Shown here: piece by piece, positions 18,380 through 26,826 of the stretch
How positions within the stretch are numbered: the stretch's first letter is position 1
How the letters are laid out: each line of letters opens with the position of its first letter
DNA from: a virus
Lineage: Duplodnaviria > Heunggongvirae > Uroviricota > Caudoviricetes
Direction: 5' to 3' (one strand)
Length of the DNA: 64,000 bases
IMG/VR virus record: IMGVR_UViG_3300012943_000001
Span: 103,743 to 167,742 of that record
Notes under the pieces: model-generated
The model's input: the letters and a program-made list of their open reading frames with translations, nothing else
What the model was told of the DNA's origin: nothing
The model's database searches: none
Translations under genes and position numbers: made by a program

Positions 18380-19180
18380 ATGAATATCCAACTCCTCATT
18401 ATCGACCCGCAGATTGACTTCTGCGACCCCAAAGGTGCCTTATCTGTCAAAGGTGCCGACCAAGACATGGTTCGCCTCGCCGCGATGATTAAGAAGCATC
18501 ACGCTTCCATCGACGACATCCGCGTGACTCTCGACAGTCACCAGAAAATCCACATCGCCCACCCAATCTGTTGGGTTGACGCACAAGGTAAACATCCTGC
18601 CCCTTTCACCCTCATTACTGAGGCGGACGTTGCGGGTAGCAGCCCGAAGTGGAAGGCTTACAATCCAGCTTGGCAGAAACGTCAAGTTGATTACGTCAAG
18701 GCTCTCAGCACGGGTGGCCGCTACGTTCTCGTTATCTGGCCTGAGCATTGCCTTATCGGCACGCCCGGTCACGCGGTATACCCAACCCTCGGCGAAGCCC
18801 TTGCGGTATGGCAGGACGAAAACTTCGGCATGATTGACTTCGTGACCAAAGGTTCGAATCCATTCACCGAACACTATAGCGTCGTCAAAGCGGACGTTCC
18901 CGATATCGGAGACCCGACTACAAATATCAACACCAGCTTCATCAAGCGTCTTGAAGATGCGGACGTGATTTTGGTTGCGGGTGAAGCTCTCTCGCACTGT
19001 GTCGCTAATTCGGTTCGCGATATCGCACTCGAATTCGGCGACGAACATATCAAGAAATTCGTTCTTCTTGAAGACGCAACAAGTCCAGTCACCGGCTTTG
19101 AAAAGATGGCCGACGACTTCGTGACAGAGATGAAGGCGAAGGGTATGCAAATCGCCAAGACCACGACCTTCTTCAAGTAA
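18380..19180 (+). CDS. pncA: isochorismatase-family amidase, nicotinamidase (PncA)-like
   Basis: IIDPQIDFC (Asp), SHCVANS (Cys) triad elements; 266 aa. Confidence 0.65.
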   Translation: MNIQLLIIDPQIDFCDPKGALSVKGADQDMVRLAAMIKKHHASIDDIRVTLDSHQKIHIAHPICWVDAQGKHPAPFTLITEADVAGSSPKWKAYNPAWQKRQVDYVKALSTGGRYVLVIWPEHCLIGTPGHAVYPTLGEALAVWQDENFGMIDFVTKGSNPFTEHYSVVKADVPDIGDPTTNINTSFIKRLEDADVILVAGEALSHCVANSVRDIALEFGDEHIKKFVLLEDATSPVTGFEKMADDFVTEMKAKGMQIAKTTTFFK

Positions 19181-19213
19181 GAGGTCTCAACGCCAATATC
19201 AATCTCTATATTT

Positions 19214-19951
19214 ATGCCTAAACTAATGGGTAAGAATGATTCCGTGGTACTTAGCACGGTATCGAATTTCGGGTTTTCAGGTACACGTCCTGAAGCCCTC
19301 GGTGCAAGCGAGTACACAATTGTGTCCATCGCTGTAGACATTTCGGGCTCTGTAGCAAGTTACGAAGCAAGTCTCGTAGAAGCCTACAAGAACATTATCG
19401 GCTCTTGCCGCAAGAATCCTCGTGCCGAAAATCTTCTGGTGCGTGGAGTGACCTTCAACGAAAATCTGAGCGAGTTGCACGGCTTTGTAGGTCTCGACAC
19501 TATCAAAGAAGACCAACTCAGTCTTCACGCTCACGGCGGCACAGCCCTCTTCGACTCTGCCTTGGAAGGTGTTGAAGCTCTTGGCAAGTACGGCAAGACG
19601 CTCTTCGATATGGACTATTTGGTCAATGGAGTTCTCTTCATTGTGACCGATGGCGACGACACAAGCTCCCGCCTCGCGTCCCCAGACAAGATTAAGGCCG
19701 CTTTGGAGAAGGTTCGCAAGACGGAAGTCCTCGAATCTATCAAAGTGATTCTTATCGGTGTGGGCGACCAGAACTCGGTTCAGCAATACCTCGACACTCT
19801 CCATAAGAACGCAGGTTTCGACCAGTTCGCGTGGATTGGTGGTGCAGATGCCAAAGCCCTCGCCAAGATGGCTGCATTCGTCAGCAACAGCATTAGCTCC
19901 AGTTCGCAGGCGTTGGGTACAGGTGGCCCATCCCAGAATCTTACAGTCTAA
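19214..19951 (+). CDS. vWA domain protein
   Basis: AVDISGSVAS MIDAS motif. Confidence 0.6.
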   Translation: MPKLMGKNDSVVLSTVSNFGFSGTRPEALGASEYTIVSIAVDISGSVASYEASLVEAYKNIIGSCRKNPRAENLLVRGVTFNENLSELHGFVGLDTIKEDQLSLHAHGGTALFDSALEGVEALGKYGKTLFDMDYLVNGVLFIVTDGDDTSSRLASPDKIKAALEKVRKTEVLESIKVILIGVGDQNSVQQYLDTLHKNAGFDQFAWIGGADAKALAKMAAFVSNSISSSSQALGTGGPSQNLTV

Positions 19952-20298
19952 TGTCTGAGGTATCCAAAGAGCTGGCTCAAAAGATAGCCGACGAAATCAG
20001 GGAGAAGCTTATCGAAAAGTACATCACTGTACTTAACGAGGCTTACGATGCGGACCCTGCGGCTATCCACGCCTTGCTCCTCAACAGGATTCCCTGTAAC
20101 GAAAAGCTCGCAAATCATCCTACGATTCAGGTCACTGAAGAAACCGTTCCAAAGCAAACGTACTATTCGGTTGGCGTACTAGGTCTACTAAATGGACTTA
20201 TTGCGTCAGCTACAGGTACGTGTGTGGCGGCGAAGTTCTCCGAGCCTGATAAGGAAGGGCGAGCGACGCTCCTAGGGTTTCAAAAATACAACGGATAA
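19951..20298 (+). CDS. hypothetical protein
   Basis: ATGTCTGA overlap with the upstream gene; followed by an intrinsic terminator. Confidence 0.5.
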   Translation: MSEVSKELAQKIADEIREKLIEKYITVLNEAYDADPAAIHALLLNRIPCNEKLANHPTIQVTEETVPKQTYYSVGVLGLLNGLIASATGTCVAAKFSEPDKEGRATLLGFQKYNG

Positions 20299-20303
20299 CC
20301 AAC

Positions 20304-20326
20304 GGGGAGGGTAACCTCCCCTTTTT
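20304..20326 (+). terminator. rho-independent terminator
   Basis: GGGGAGGgtaaCCTCCCC + TTTTT. Confidence 0.7.
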
Positions 20327-20331
20327 AATTT

Positions 20332-20634
20332 ATGAGTTCGCTATTTATAACGAAATCAAGGTACGACCATATCACTAACTTGTTCACTTCGCTATCTATG
20401 GAGAAGTATAAAGCGGGCGTACCTATGGGTAAAGAATTCGTCTTTGAACTTAAGAAGGATAAGTTCATGAGCCTACAAGAACACTTTGGAGAAAACGCAA
20501 AATCCTTTTTTGATTCAGCGATACAATCTGATGGATTCTACCTCGTAGATGACATAGGTGTTCTGTCGGGTTGGGCAGGTCTCCGCCATATCAGAAAAGG
20601 TAAAGTGACGAACTACATAACTTATAGGTCATAA
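20332..20634 (+). CDS. hypothetical protein
   Basis: 100-aa ORF. Confidence 0.45.
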   Translation: MSSLFITKSRYDHITNLFTSLSMEKYKAGVPMGKEFVFELKKDKFMSLQEHFGENAKSFFDSAIQSDGFYLVDDIGVLSGWAGLRHIRKGKVTNYITYRS

Positions 20635-20635
20635 T

Positions 20636-21139
20636 ATGGAATGCTATAGAATCGAGAACGCCACCGCTATTGGCGGACAAAGATTGGTGGGTGTAGATAT
20701 GAGCAGTTACCCAATCAAAAAGGGAAACTGTTTTGACGTAAAGGTGGGTGAGGAGTACGTAGGTATAGTTAATTTTGGAGCGGAGAATTTAAGAGAGCTT
20801 GTTAAGAGAGGTCTGACGTGGCCTATCAAAATCAAACGTCTCGCTTCTAACGTAGGTTTGATTGTGGACGAGCGTATCCCAGACCACTGGTATCAAGATA
20901 GATACTGTGAGGTATGCACTCCTGAAGCGTTCCTCAATCACTTCCAACTTATGCGGCGTGAGCGTGCGGTGGCACGTGGAGACCGTGAAATTCTACCGGG
21001 CGGATACGTAAGGTCTAGAATAGGTCCGAATCCCGTTTTTGACTACGTTGGAGAGAAAAAGATTGACTTTAAGAACTGGCATTTCAAGATAGAAACCGAA
21101 GTCGTGCAACAGTTCGGCGACGACGGCAAACCACTATGA
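20636..21139 (+). CDS. hypothetical protein
   Basis: 167-aa ORF. Confidence 0.5.
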   Translation: MECYRIENATAIGGQRLVGVDMSSYPIKKGNCFDVKVGEEYVGIVNFGAENLRELVKRGLTWPIKIKRLASNVGLIVDERIPDHWYQDRYCEVCTPEAFLNHFQLMRRERAVARGDREILPGGYVRSRIGPNPVFDYVGEKKIDFKNWHFKIETEVVQQFGDDGKPL

Positions 21140-21327
21140 CGATAGGCAAATACAAAGTCTACCCATTCGAGAAGGTCGAAACGATTGACGGCGTTTGGGG
21201 AGACTGGAAATGCGAGATAGAAGACACTGCGGGCAACCTCAGCATCGGCTATATCGAAGGCGACGGTGGCCTGTTCGAAGAATCTACACTCAAAGACGAA
21301 AACGGAAATCTTATTCCTCATGATTAA
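21136..21327 (+). CDS. hypothetical small protein
   Basis: 63 aa, ATGA overlap with the upstream gene. Confidence 0.4.
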   Translation: MTIGKYKVYPFEKVETIDGVWGDWKCEIEDTAGNLSIGYIEGDGGLFEESTLKDENGNLIPHD

Positions 21328-22174
21328 CACAGACTCATACTATGAAATTGGGGCCGGGCATGTCTTCAATCAAGACTATGCTGATAGCGGTTTCTTTACT
21401 ACTCCCGAGAATGGGAAGAAGTATTACTATGCCGTGGTATCTGATGGATGCTCTGGGTCGAAGGATAGTGACATCGGGGCTCGCTGGATGGCGAAGAATT
21501 TCCCTATCGTTGCACGTGCGGCTCTTATGGGTGAGACAAGCGTCTCTCTACGTGAGAACATCGAGCATGTTCTTGTAGAGAAGATGAAGTCTGAAGAGCG
21601 GCTTTGGTCGATTGCTGGCGAAGCGTACGACGCAACGCTCGTGGCGGTCATCTATGACGAGACCCTAGACGTACTTCATTCCTTCGCTTGGGGCGACGGA
21701 CATATCTTACTCGTAGCCAAAGAGGGCGTATCATTTCTTACTTCAATCAAGTATCGCTCTAACGCTCCATACTATCTATCGTATAGAGTTAGTGTAGATA
21801 GAGAGATGCGGTATGAAGAGTTTTTTGGAAACAATTATGCCGACGTTACCTACAATCTTCTTACGGACGAAAATATTGTCCGTGTTGTAGAGAAGGATGA
21901 ATTCAAAAAGAAGTTTGTGTATGACGAAGTTCCGGGGGCGTCAAAGCTTATCAAGCACGCTCTAGTTATGACCGATGGCGTAGAGACGTATCATAGAAAG
22001 TTCGATGTAGATACCACTATGTCTATGCGTAACGTCTTCAGTCAATTTTCACAATACAAAAACACTCACGGCGAGTTCGTCAAACGTAGAATGCAAAAGG
22101 TCAAGTCCTTCGCAGAGAAGGAAGAGTGGCAGCACTTTGACGACATCAGCGTGGCAACAATTAGTCTGGTATGA
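21320..22174 (+). CDS. PP2C/SpoIIE-like Ser/Thr phosphatase
   Basis: YYAVVSDGCSGSKDSD and LVMTDGVETY resemble PP2C metal-binding motifs; start taken at the ATG overlapping the upstream stop (ATGATTAA). Confidence 0.55.
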   Translation: MINTDSYYEIGAGHVFNQDYADSGFFTTPENGKKYYYAVVSDGCSGSKDSDIGARWMAKNFPIVARAALMGETSVSLRENIEHVLVEKMKSEERLWSIAGEAYDATLVAVIYDETLDVLHSFAWGDGHILLVAKEGVSFLTSIKYRSNAPYYLSYRVSVDREMRYEEFFGNNYADVTYNLLTDENIVRVVEKDEFKKKFVYDEVPGASKLIKHALVMTDGVETYHRKFDVDTTMSMRNVFSQFSQYKNTHGEFVKRRMQKVKSFAEKEEWQHFDDISVATISLV

Positions 22175-23049
22175 GCGACCACAAACCAATTCATTTTCAC
22201 GTCTACGACCCATCTACCTCTTTCTTCAAGTCGAGCAAGAACGATGCGGCCAAAAGATTCGTAGTGCTCTGTAACAATTCAGAGAACTGTGAGCTTCATA
22301 AGAAAGGCACGTGCATACTCAGAAGCTTTTGGGGAGGCGGATGTCCGTATGGATATTGTTCTAATGAAGAAGGCTATACAAGAAGAGCCAGAGGGTTTGG
22401 GACATGGATTCGCAAGCAGGGAGAGATGTATAAAGGCGTCCCGTCTATTTCATCGCCTCCGAAGAAGCTTGCGGTGGTGGGAGACTACATCTATATCCCG
22501 TACGCTCATGCAAACATGAACAAGGAAGTTCCTTTCCTTGGTCATGGTGGGTTTATGTCCTCTGGTAGCAACTTCATTAAGAAAGAGGATTGGACCATAC
22601 ATAATATTGCGAAGATAGTCGCGTTCCATCCACAAGCTTTGATGGGAGGCTATATCGACTCATATTGGAAAGAGGAAGTCCCCCTTTTCCTTTCTCACCT
22701 TGAAGAGGTAATGCCTGACATGTATAAAGAGTTGCTGGCGACATATCCGCAATTCATAAAAAGCTTCAATCTCCTCGCTCCCAAAAACTACGTAGGCCGC
22801 AAAGCTAAAGTAAAAACTCTTTCGCCATGTACGTTCCGTACTAAAGGTTCTCAAGACGGGGACTATAAAGTTACGTGGATTTGGGACGGGAAAGTATTGA
22901 AGACGGCTTCGGATTCGGTCTACCAGTCCATATGGGGAAGTGTCAATAAATATGAGAGTTTGGAAATGACGCTCATACCTAATGACGACTCCGTTATCGA
23001 AATCACAGACAACGCTCAGGTAAATGCTGGCACCGTATTCGTTGACTGA
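22171..23049 (+). CDS. Cys-rich hypothetical protein
   Basis: CNNSENCELHKKGTCILRSFWGGGCPYGYC cluster. Confidence 0.5.
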   Translation: MSDHKPIHFHVYDPSTSFFKSSKNDAAKRFVVLCNNSENCELHKKGTCILRSFWGGGCPYGYCSNEEGYTRRARGFGTWIRKQGEMYKGVPSISSPPKKLAVVGDYIYIPYAHANMNKEVPFLGHGGFMSSGSNFIKKEDWTIHNIAKIVAFHPQALMGGYIDSYWKEEVPLFLSHLEEVMPDMYKELLATYPQFIKSFNLLAPKNYVGRKAKVKTLSPCTFRTKGSQDGDYKVTWIWDGKVLKTASDSVYQSIWGSVNKYESLEMTLIPNDDSVIEITDNAQVNAGTVFVD

Positions 23050-25166
23050 TGTCTTTATTCAATAAAATACTTTCCGCATACGGGATACGTAAAGGCGTAG
23101 GGAAATCTTATTTCAATTTCAATCCATATCTACCGCCCCCACCGATACCAATGCCGCCAGTGGCGACGCCAATGCCCACACCGCCTCCTCCTATTACGCC
23201 AATAGGCAAGCCGTACAATCCTTGGGCGAATGTTAACGTAACTTTTAATCCATACACTCTAAATAATAAAAAGAATCTCCCGGCGTTAGGCGTGTCCGGT
23301 GCGTTCCCTACCTGCATGGTTACGGGTCTGTCATCGCCAAGTAGTGGAAGTTTTTGGCACACCTACGGCAGAAGTAATCCCATTTATCCTGCACCAGTTA
23401 GCTCCGAACTAGAAGCCGAAGAGTTCCAAACCCATTTTAGTAGAAACACCTCAGCACGAATTCCAACCAATATGCTAAACAACTTAACAGTTAACGGAAA
23501 GAAGCTTTCCCTTAAGCAGTCTGACTATAAAGCGTCGGGTGGTGAAGGCGTCGTGTATGTAAAGCACGGAGAAGCTTTCAAGATTTATCATAATCCAAGT
23601 AAGATGATTCCTGTAGGTAAGATTCAGGAACTCAAAGAACTTGCACTTGGAAATGTCTTGGGACCAACCGATATTATCTACGAAGGTAATGCTCCAGTTG
23701 GATTCGTCATGAAGTACGTAAGCGATTCAGAGTTCCTGTGCAAGTTGTTCACGAAGGGATTCCGTGACAAGAATCAAATTACGCACGACAATATTAACGG
23801 GCTCGTACTGAATATGCAGAAGACTTTGGAGCATATTCATACTAAGAAAATTTTGGTGGTAGATTACAACGAGATGAATTTCTTGGTGAACAACGCCTAC
23901 GACACCGTATATCATATCGACGTAGACTCATGGCAGACTCCATCATACCCAGCCACGGCAATCATGGAGTCGATTCGTGACCGCTCTATCAAGAATAATA
24001 AGTGGACTGAAGGCAGTGATTGGTTTAGCTTCGCCGTCGTTGCATTTCAATTGTACTTGGGATGTCATCCGTATAAAGGTCGTCATCCAGACTTTGCTCC
24101 AAAGGATTGGCTGAAGATGATGGACCAGAACGTAAGCATCTTCAATAAGCAATGCAGGCTTCCGCCCGCATCACAGACGCTTGACGCTATCCCAAAAGGT
24201 CACCTCAAATGGTTTGAAGGCGTCTTTGAACGTGGAGAAAGAAATGCTCCGCCTCTTCCAGACCAAATGCCAGCCTTGGCGAGACTCAAGCCTACTATTG
24301 TTCAGTCGAACGCGAAGTTTGATATTTCGGGCGTACGCAAGTATAGTTCGAACCTTCAGATGATTCGCTTCATTGACGGAATTTGCTATGCTCTTACTGA
24401 GACGGGAGTTTATGGAGACTCTAAAGAGTTCGCCACATTCGCAAAAGAAACCGGCTACGTTTCTCGTAGGACGGTTAAAGACATCGTGCCCGTACAGGGA
24501 GACTCGCCACTTATTATTGAGTGGAATAAGATTGCGGCAAAGCTTACCTACAAGACTTTTGCTGGCGTAGAGGTCGGAGCGATTGAGTCGAATGGCTTTT
24601 TCGTTTCCAATCGTTGCGTCTATACCGTGCTTCGTGACAGTTTGATTGAGGTCTCGTTTATAAATAAAGGCGTCAAGATAAACGCTCCGCAGCAATCAGT
24701 GGCGAACATCTTCCATAATCATCAAGTCTTTGACGGATTCGTAGCACAGAACATGCTTAACACTTGCCGCTTTGCCATTCCAGTGAAGGCGGGTCTGTGT
24801 GTCAATCTCCATATGAAGGAGCTGGACAAGTACCGCATCATTGACGGCAAGTATGAATCGGGCGTTCTTATCGTCATCGTCGAAAAATCGGGTAAGTACG
24901 ATAGGTTCACTTTCATCCTCGACAAAACCTTCAGCAGCTATACATATCGGAAGGAAGAGGGCGTGATTGCTTACGACATCAACTTCGCAGTTAAAGACAA
25001 CGGAGTGTGCGTCGCAACCAATGACGACAAGATTGAAGCTTTTGTTACCTACGACAAGGTAAAGCTTTTGGAGTCGCCACTAGACGACAACGAACCTTTG
25101 GTGGCGTTTAAGAACGACATTTACTTCTACGCGGGGGACGGCTTATTCAAGCTGGCATCTAAATAA
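23049..25166 (+). CDS. eukaryote-like (Hanks-type) protein kinase with a Pro-rich N-terminus and a C-terminal domain
   Basis: G-loop ASGGEGVVYVK, Lys AFKIY, catalytic loop VVDYNEMNFLV, DVDS (DFG-like). Confidence 0.6.
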   Translation: MSLFNKILSAYGIRKGVGKSYFNFNPYLPPPPIPMPPVATPMPTPPPPITPIGKPYNPWANVNVTFNPYTLNNKKNLPALGVSGAFPTCMVTGLSSPSSGSFWHTYGRSNPIYPAPVSSELEAEEFQTHFSRNTSARIPTNMLNNLTVNGKKLSLKQSDYKASGGEGVVYVKHGEAFKIYHNPSKMIPVGKIQELKELALGNVLGPTDIIYEGNAPVGFVMKYVSDSEFLCKLFTKGFRDKNQITHDNINGLVLNMQKTLEHIHTKKILVVDYNEMNFLVNNAYDTVYHIDVDSWQTPSYPATAIMESIRDRSIKNNKWTEGSDWFSFAVVAFQLYLGCHPYKGRHPDFAPKDWLKMMDQNVSIFNKQCRLPPASQTLDAIPKGHLKWFEGVFERGERNAPPLPDQMPALARLKPTIVQSNAKFDISGVRKYSSNLQMIRFIDGICYALTETGVYGDSKEFATFAKETGYVSRRTVKDIVPVQGDSPLIIEWNKIAAKLTYKTFAGVEVGAIESNGFFVSNRCVYTVLRDSLIEVSFINKGVKINAPQQSVANIFHNHQVFDGFVAQNMLNTCRFAIPVKAGLCVNLHMKELDKYRIIDGKYESGVLIVIVEKSGKYDRFTFILDKTFSSYTYRKEEGVIAYDINFAVKDNGVCVATNDDKIEAFVTYDKVKLLESPLDDNEPLVAFKNDIYFYAGDGLFKLASK

Positions 25167-25167
25167 A

Positions 25168-25539
25168 GTGTACAGGCTGACAGGTACGATTAGGTATGGT
25201 AACTCATGGGCGTGGGTGGAATGTCCTTATGACGTAGGGGCATACTACCGGCATATCGTCAAGTGGTTGAGCGGGAAACAACTCAGTTCTCCACTTAACG
25301 GGGCTCATATCACTCTGGTTGCTGGAAAATACGAAGCCAACGCGAGCACGCATCCAATGTGGAGGGCTCACGAAGGCAAGCCCATAAACTTTACTTACGG
25401 AGTCCTTTCCGGCATTGAAAGCTATTACTGGCTCACAATCGAGGAAGATTCTGAGTTGAGAAATTTTCGTCGCGAATTAGATTTACCGCCAGAGCTAAAG
25501 TGGCCCTTTCACCTAACGATTGGGAAAGAAAATCCTTGA
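25168..25539 (+). CDS. 2H phosphoesterase superfamily protein (LigT/CPDase/Acb1-like)
   Basis: Two H-x-T-x motifs: GAHITLV and PFHLTIG; 123 aa. Confidence 0.6.
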   Translation: MYRLTGTIRYGNSWAWVECPYDVGAYYRHIVKWLSGKQLSSPLNGAHITLVAGKYEANASTHPMWRAHEGKPINFTYGVLSGIESYYWLTIEEDSELRNFRRELDLPPELKWPFHLTIGKENP

Positions 25540-25568
25540 CTTTTGAAAACGACCGTAAAAGCTCGTCC
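25536..25568 (+). promoter_or_regulatory. conserved CTTGACTTTTGAAAAC-type promoter upstream of pncB
   Basis: ccTTGACTtttgaaaacgaccgtaaaagctcg. Confidence 0.45.
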
Positions 25569-25570
25569 GC

Positions 25571-26794
25571 ATGATTATCACTAGTCTCCTCGACCTCGAC
25601 CTGTATAAGCTGACGGTAGGCCAAGTCATCTTCAAAAACTTCCGCTTCGTCCGGGCGAAGTACCGCATGACGGTTCGCAATGGCAAGCAGATTAACTTCT
25701 GGCATGGAGACATCGCTCGCCAGATGGAAGTTGAGATTAAAGCTCTTGAAAACTTGAGTCTACAACCTGACGAGGCAGACTATCTTCGCAAGTTGGGTTT
25801 GGGATTCGAAGAGTCGTATCTACGTTTTCTTTCGAACAAGCCTATGGAAGGTTGCTTCGTTAGATACGTTCATCAAGAAAGCATAAAGTTTACAGACAAC
25901 GACTACGTTCCTGAAGTACATGGAGAATGGTGCAGAGCTATGCTTTACGAAATCTTCTGTCTTAGTATCGCGAATGAAATTTTCGCTAGGCAGTATTGCA
26001 GGTTCAATAATGTCAAATACGATTGGCTTACAGAGGCGGGAGAGGTTCGCCTTGCAAAGAAGATTGCATATCTTCAAGAACATAAAGCGGGAAACTACTG
26101 TAAACATCCGATGTCGATTTCGGAGTTCGGTACGCGTCGCCGGTTGAGTCATGCTTGGCAAGCTCATGTCGTCAAGGAACTCTATAGCAGCGGAGTAATC
26201 AATGCCACGAGTAACGTTTACTTCGGAAAGCTATTCGACATTCCTGTTCGCGGCACTTTCGGCCACGAGTTCACAATGGGTATGCAAGCCTTAACCCGCG
26301 TGCAAGACAGTCAGAAAGAAGCGTTGTGGCTTTGGCATAGAGAGTGGAATGGAAAGCTTTCACTTGCTTTAGACGATACGCTTGGCGATGCGAAGTTCGT
26401 CCAAGATTTTGATAAGGACTTAGCTATGGCTTATTCGGGCCTTCGTCACGATTCGGGCGAGCCAGAGGCGTGGACGGAAGACCGCATCACTATGTATCAT
26501 AGGCTCGACGTGAATCCAGAACAGAAGACTCTTTTGTACTCAGACGGGCTGGACGTTCATAAAGCGGTAGCACTACGCAACCTTGTGGGCTTACGAGCCA
26601 TTCCGAAGTTCGGTATCGGTACGAATTTTACCAACGATACGTTCTCGCCTGTCCCGCAGGTTGTCATGAAGATTGTTCATTGCAACGGTCAACATGTTGC
26701 AAAGCTTTCGAACAATCCCGCCAAGGCTTGCTGCGATGACCCTGAATATCTCCGCTACATCAAGCACATTTCGGGAGTGAAAGATTCAGCTTGA
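25571..26794 (+). CDS. pncB: nicotinate phosphoribosyltransferase
   Basis: N-term SLLDLDLYKLTVGQV typical of NAPRTase; 407 aa. Confidence 0.8.
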   Translation: MIITSLLDLDLYKLTVGQVIFKNFRFVRAKYRMTVRNGKQINFWHGDIARQMEVEIKALENLSLQPDEADYLRKLGLGFEESYLRFLSNKPMEGCFVRYVHQESIKFTDNDYVPEVHGEWCRAMLYEIFCLSIANEIFARQYCRFNNVKYDWLTEAGEVRLAKKIAYLQEHKAGNYCKHPMSISEFGTRRRLSHAWQAHVVKELYSSGVINATSNVYFGKLFDIPVRGTFGHEFTMGMQALTRVQDSQKEALWLWHREWNGKLSLALDDTLGDAKFVQDFDKDLAMAYSGLRHDSGEPEAWTEDRITMYHRLDVNPEQKTLLYSDGLDVHKAVALRNLVGLRAIPKFGIGTNFTNDTFSPVPQVVMKIVHCNGQHVAKLSNNPAKACCDDPEYLRYIKHISGVKDSA

Positions 26795-26822
26795 CTTTCC
26801 TAGAACGATTTTCATCCTCCTA
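26791..26822 (+). promoter_or_regulatory. conserved CTTGACTTTCC-type promoter upstream of nadE
   Basis: gcTTGACTttcctagaacgattttcatcc. Confidence 0.45.
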
Positions 26823-26826
26823 ACCC

